From: Gekko japonicus | Taxonomy: Eukaryota | Assembly: GCF_001447785.1 (NCBI RefSeq) | Contig: NW_015162031.1 | Coordinates: 4,075 to 68,074, forward strand | Length of the DNA: 64,000 nucleotides | Direction: 5' to 3' | Shown here: positions 60,897 through 64,000 of the stretch, one piece after another | Position numbering within the stretch: position 1 is the first letter of the stretch | Layout of the letters: the number at the start of each line of letters is the position of its first letter | Translations under genes and position numbers: made by a program | The notes under the pieces: model-generated | What the model saw: the letters and a program-made list of their open reading frames with translations, nothing else | Told to the model about the DNA's origin: nothing | Database searches by the model: none

Positions 60897-61847
60897 ATGC
60901 CGAATCTTTCCTCCACATCTGAATTCTTGCTCCTGGAATTTTCAGACATCCGAGAACTACAGATCTTACATTTCTTTGTCTTCTTAGCAGTATATGTGAC
61001 TGCAGTAACTGGTAATCTGCTCATCATCATTGCTGTAGTGACTGATCATCATCTGCACACCCCCATGTACTTCTTCCTCATGAACTTGGCTGTCCTGGAC
61101 CTGGGCTCAGTTTCTGCCTTGTTACCTAAAGCTATGGCCAATTCCCTTCTGAACATCAGATCAATTTCTTATTCAGGATGTGTGGCTCAGGTATTCTTCT
61201 ACTTCTTATTTGGAGGGTCAGATTTTGCCATCCTAACAATAATGGCACATGATCGCTTTGTTGCTATCTGCAGTCCACTGCAATATGAGACCATCATACA
61301 TAAAGGAGCCTGCATTCAGATGGCAGCCAGTGCATGGATTACTGGTACTCTTTATGCCATATTACACACCAGTGGCACTTTTGCCATCACCTTTTGCTCC
61401 AATAGGATCAATCAGTTCTTTTGCGAAATTCCACAACTACTAAAACTCTCATGTTCAGATTTATACCTAATGGAAGTTGGACTTGTTATATTAAGTTTTA
61501 CCATAGCTGGGGGATGTTTTATCTTCATCATCATTACCTACATACAGGTTTTTGCAACACTACTCCGAATGCCTTCTGTGCATGGTCGGAAAAAAGCCCT
61601 CTCCACTTGCCTTCCCCACCTCACTGTGGTGTCTCTGCTTGTTTTCACTGCAATATTTGCATACTTAAAGCCTCCTGCGAACACATCCTCTGATCTCAAT
61701 ATCCTATTTGCAATAATCTATGCTATATTACCTCCATTGCTGAATCCATTCATCTATAGCATGAGAAACAAAGACATCAAGACTGCATTGTTAAAGCTCA
61801 TGGATTCTAGACACTTCCCCCAAACCAGCTCTACCAAATTCTTCTAG
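60897..61847 (+). CDS. Olfactory receptor, family 14-like (intact, 316 aa from MPNLSS; paralog of 53461-54420)
   Basis: LHTPMYFFL, MAHDRFVAICSPLQY, FFCEIP, KALSTCLPHL and PLLNPFIYSMRN. An in-frame upstream ATG at 60873 is possible. Confidence 0.95.
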   Translation: MPNLSSTSEFLLLEFSDIRELQILHFFVFLAVYVTAVTGNLLIIIAVVTDHHLHTPMYFFLMNLAVLDLGSVSALLPKAMANSLLNIRSISYSGCVAQVFFYFLFGGSDFAILTIMAHDRFVAICSPLQYETIIHKGACIQMAASAWITGTLYAILHTSGTFAITFCSNRINQFFCEIPQLLKLSCSDLYLMEVGLVILSFTIAGGCFIFIIITYIQVFATLLRMPSVHGRKKALSTCLPHLTVVSLLVFTAIFAYLKPPANTSSDLNILFAIIYAILPPLLNPFIYSMRNKDIKTALLKLMDSRHFPQTSSTKFF

Positions 61848-62019
61848 GAAAACTGTGTTGAATGGTCTTTTCTGGTGATTTTCTTTATTGGTTTTGTAAT
61901 TTGGGGTATACACAATATAATAGACATGAAACTTTTTTTATTCTGTGAAGCACACACAGAAGGTGGTGGACACTTAGAGGGCTTTTTTTTTTTGCTTTCC
62001 CCCTTCTTATAGTACTCCA

Positions 62020-62720
62020 CTGTGAGGGCTAAAAGTGGGGGCCCTGGTTCACTGCAGGTCACATTTGTGGTATTGTGTGATGTGGAGAGCCAGCAGGGTG
62101 CTGGACAGATTTGGTGGCCATGTCCTGCAAGGTAGGACAGGCTGCTCAGGCAGTTTGGGGGTTGGTGGCAGCAGCGGTGATAAATCTGGGCCCTCCCCTT
62201 CCCAGGTGGGCCTATGATGGGACCTGAACTTGGCTTGGGGAAGGGAAAAGAGGAGGGACCACCAGGGGGAAATAAAACATGCTGCACTGCCTTGTTACCC
62301 CACCTGGCCTCGTAGTGAGAGGATGCCCGGTTCTTGTGGTGGTATCAGCCTGGGGCTGGAATGATTTTAGGAAAACCGATCCTTGCATATGGGGATCCCC
62401 TTAAGGGATCTTGGGGTGAGGGCTTTCATGGACATGCCCAGCATGGGGCCTGCCAGGCTTTCAAGGGGCATGCCCGACTCAGGGATTGCCAAAGGTTTAC
62501 TCTCACACTCAGGTGGCAGGGGAGTCCATTCAATGGTGGAATTCAGCAACCTGCCATCCCATGGCTCTCCCCACATCAACTAGGAGGCAAGTCAGTTGAT
62601 TGAAGGATCCAGAGTACCATACTGTGTCATGGCTTCTTAGAGCTGTAAATAATAAAGTTGTGGCCATTTTATTCCACAATTCATTGCAAAATATTGTGTG
62701 TCATTATATTATTGGCAGGT
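62020..62720 (+). mobile_element. GC-rich DIRS/Ngaro-type terminal region
   Basis: Ends AATAAAgttgtggcc...ttgtgtgtcatt, similar in style to the end of the element at 13920-13980. Confidence 0.4.
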
Positions 62721-63299
62721 AGTTGTAAAGGGGTCCTTGCCTTCACTGCCCTCTCCCCTTCCCTGGGCACTGGGAGTGCAAATGTGATGCTTCGATTTAG
62801 GGTTCCCACTTGGAACAAACATTATTTAACAGACAGCTGAAATTAGGAGGTGGAAGACATTGAGACCTCCCTCCAGCTTTGATCCCATGCAGTCTTCAAG
62901 CTCCAATGCAAAGCATCTTGCATCACGTGTCCAAGCCAATAGTTCTGTCCATGTCAGGGATCACTATCCCACCATTCAGAATCTTTGTTCCTATTTCCCT
63001 GTGTTTTGCTCATTTTGCATTCCTGTAGACTAGCACAAAACAGGGTGGGCGACACGTATTGTAAACATCACAAAATCTTGTGCTATTTCATTGTAAACAA
63101 ATATAGGGTGTGAAAAGGTATTGAGTTCTGATATGGAAAAGTGGATTTAAATTTGAATGTATATAAACATTACACTTTGTCTTGAGGGGTGTTTTTTGAT
63201 ATTGTTTCTGTGTTTGTTCTTTTTCGTTATGATATTAATATCAGTAAAGTTATAAAAAATGAAAACACAAAGAATAAATAATTTCTTTAAGTTGGGAAG

Positions 63300-63530
63300 G
63301 ATGACATAGCCAATGCTTTGGACCAACAGGATGACACCACATTATTCTTGCTTCCTGGTTCACTTCGAATCCCTCATTTTGGTTTCTGTCATAGTATCAT
63401 AATCTATGGCCAACTCTCACTTTAACAGTGGGTGGAATTCTTATATTGGATCATTTGCTCAGGTTTTTGTTTTGCTCTTTTTTGGAGGGTCAGATTTTAC
63501 ACACATGCACCAACAGTGATGGCACCTGAT
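63300..63530 (+). pseudogene. Degraded OR pseudogene fragment (TM2-TM3)
   Basis: VSVIVS*SMANSHFN...SY...AQVFVLLFFGGSDF...TVMAPD. The DNA tttggagggtcagatttt is shared with the OR at 61210. Confidence 0.75.
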
Positions 63531-64000
63531 TATTGCCCCCCCCCCCAGATGGAAGAAATAGACAGACAAGAAGGTTGGATGAAATAAGGCCACTTTATTA
63601 AATTATTAACTTTTAACTTATCGGCAAAGGGCAACCATGAAAACAGCGGCACGGCCAGGCCTGGCATCGCTTCGACTCTCATCCTCAAACCATAGGAAGG
63701 CAAAACACAGCAGCCCCCCGGGTTGGAGCCAACCATAAGTCACTTAAAATCCCAGCCGTGCCAAGATTGGGATGCACCCTCAGGAGCCCTCAAACAGCAC
63801 TGCATGGCCAGCGCTGAGTCTCCGTCATGACCATCCCCATAGGCGGTCTGCAAGCCTCACGCAGGCCGCACGGCTACAAGGTTGGTCGAGCAGACCCCTC
63901 TACCCACACCCTGGGTTATTAAGTGGTACTTGCTGGCTGCTGAACTGTATTTTAACCTAATTCTGCCCTAACAAAGTGACGAACTAGCCCCTAGGCACCA
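63531..64000 (-). mobile_element. DIRS/Ngaro-type terminal region truncating the OR remnant (runs off the window)
   Basis: Minus strand AATAAAgtggccttatttcatccaaccttcttgtctgtct, GC-rich, starting abruptly at the MAxD codons. Confidence 0.4.

Overview
Eukaryotic DNA from a reptile (squamate, probably a gecko, inferred from the SINE, CR1 and hAT repertoire), with five assembly gaps (about 222-439, 15720-16078, 23624-23666, 35967-36046, 40932-41643). The window is an olfactory receptor (OR) cluster of the sauropsid family-14-like type. It holds six intact single-coding-exon OR genes: four on the minus strand (8.1-33.8 kb) and two on the plus strand (53.4-61.8 kb). There are also three OR pseudogenes or remnants. 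Several genes lie in local tandem duplications. The intergenic DNA is dense with transposons: L1/Tx1-like, CR1, L2 and R4-like LINE fragments, tRNA-SINEs, hAT and Harbinger-type MITEs with clean target-site duplications (TSDs), and solo LTRs. Notable items are a Penelope-like element with inverted pseudo-LTRs that each carry a hammerhead-ribozyme motif, an internally deleted Ngaro/DIRS-type element at a duplication junction, a betaretrovirus-like provirus plus a related solo LTR, a 5'-truncated ASB5 retrocopy upstream of an OR coding exon, and an orphan V2R exon. Putative O/E(Ebf)+homeodomain promoter modules sit upstream of each OR, and there is one candidate cluster enhancer. I see no prokaryote-type system (CRISPR etc.) and no clearly new protein-coding system. 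All family calls come from motif recognition by eye, not from database searches.
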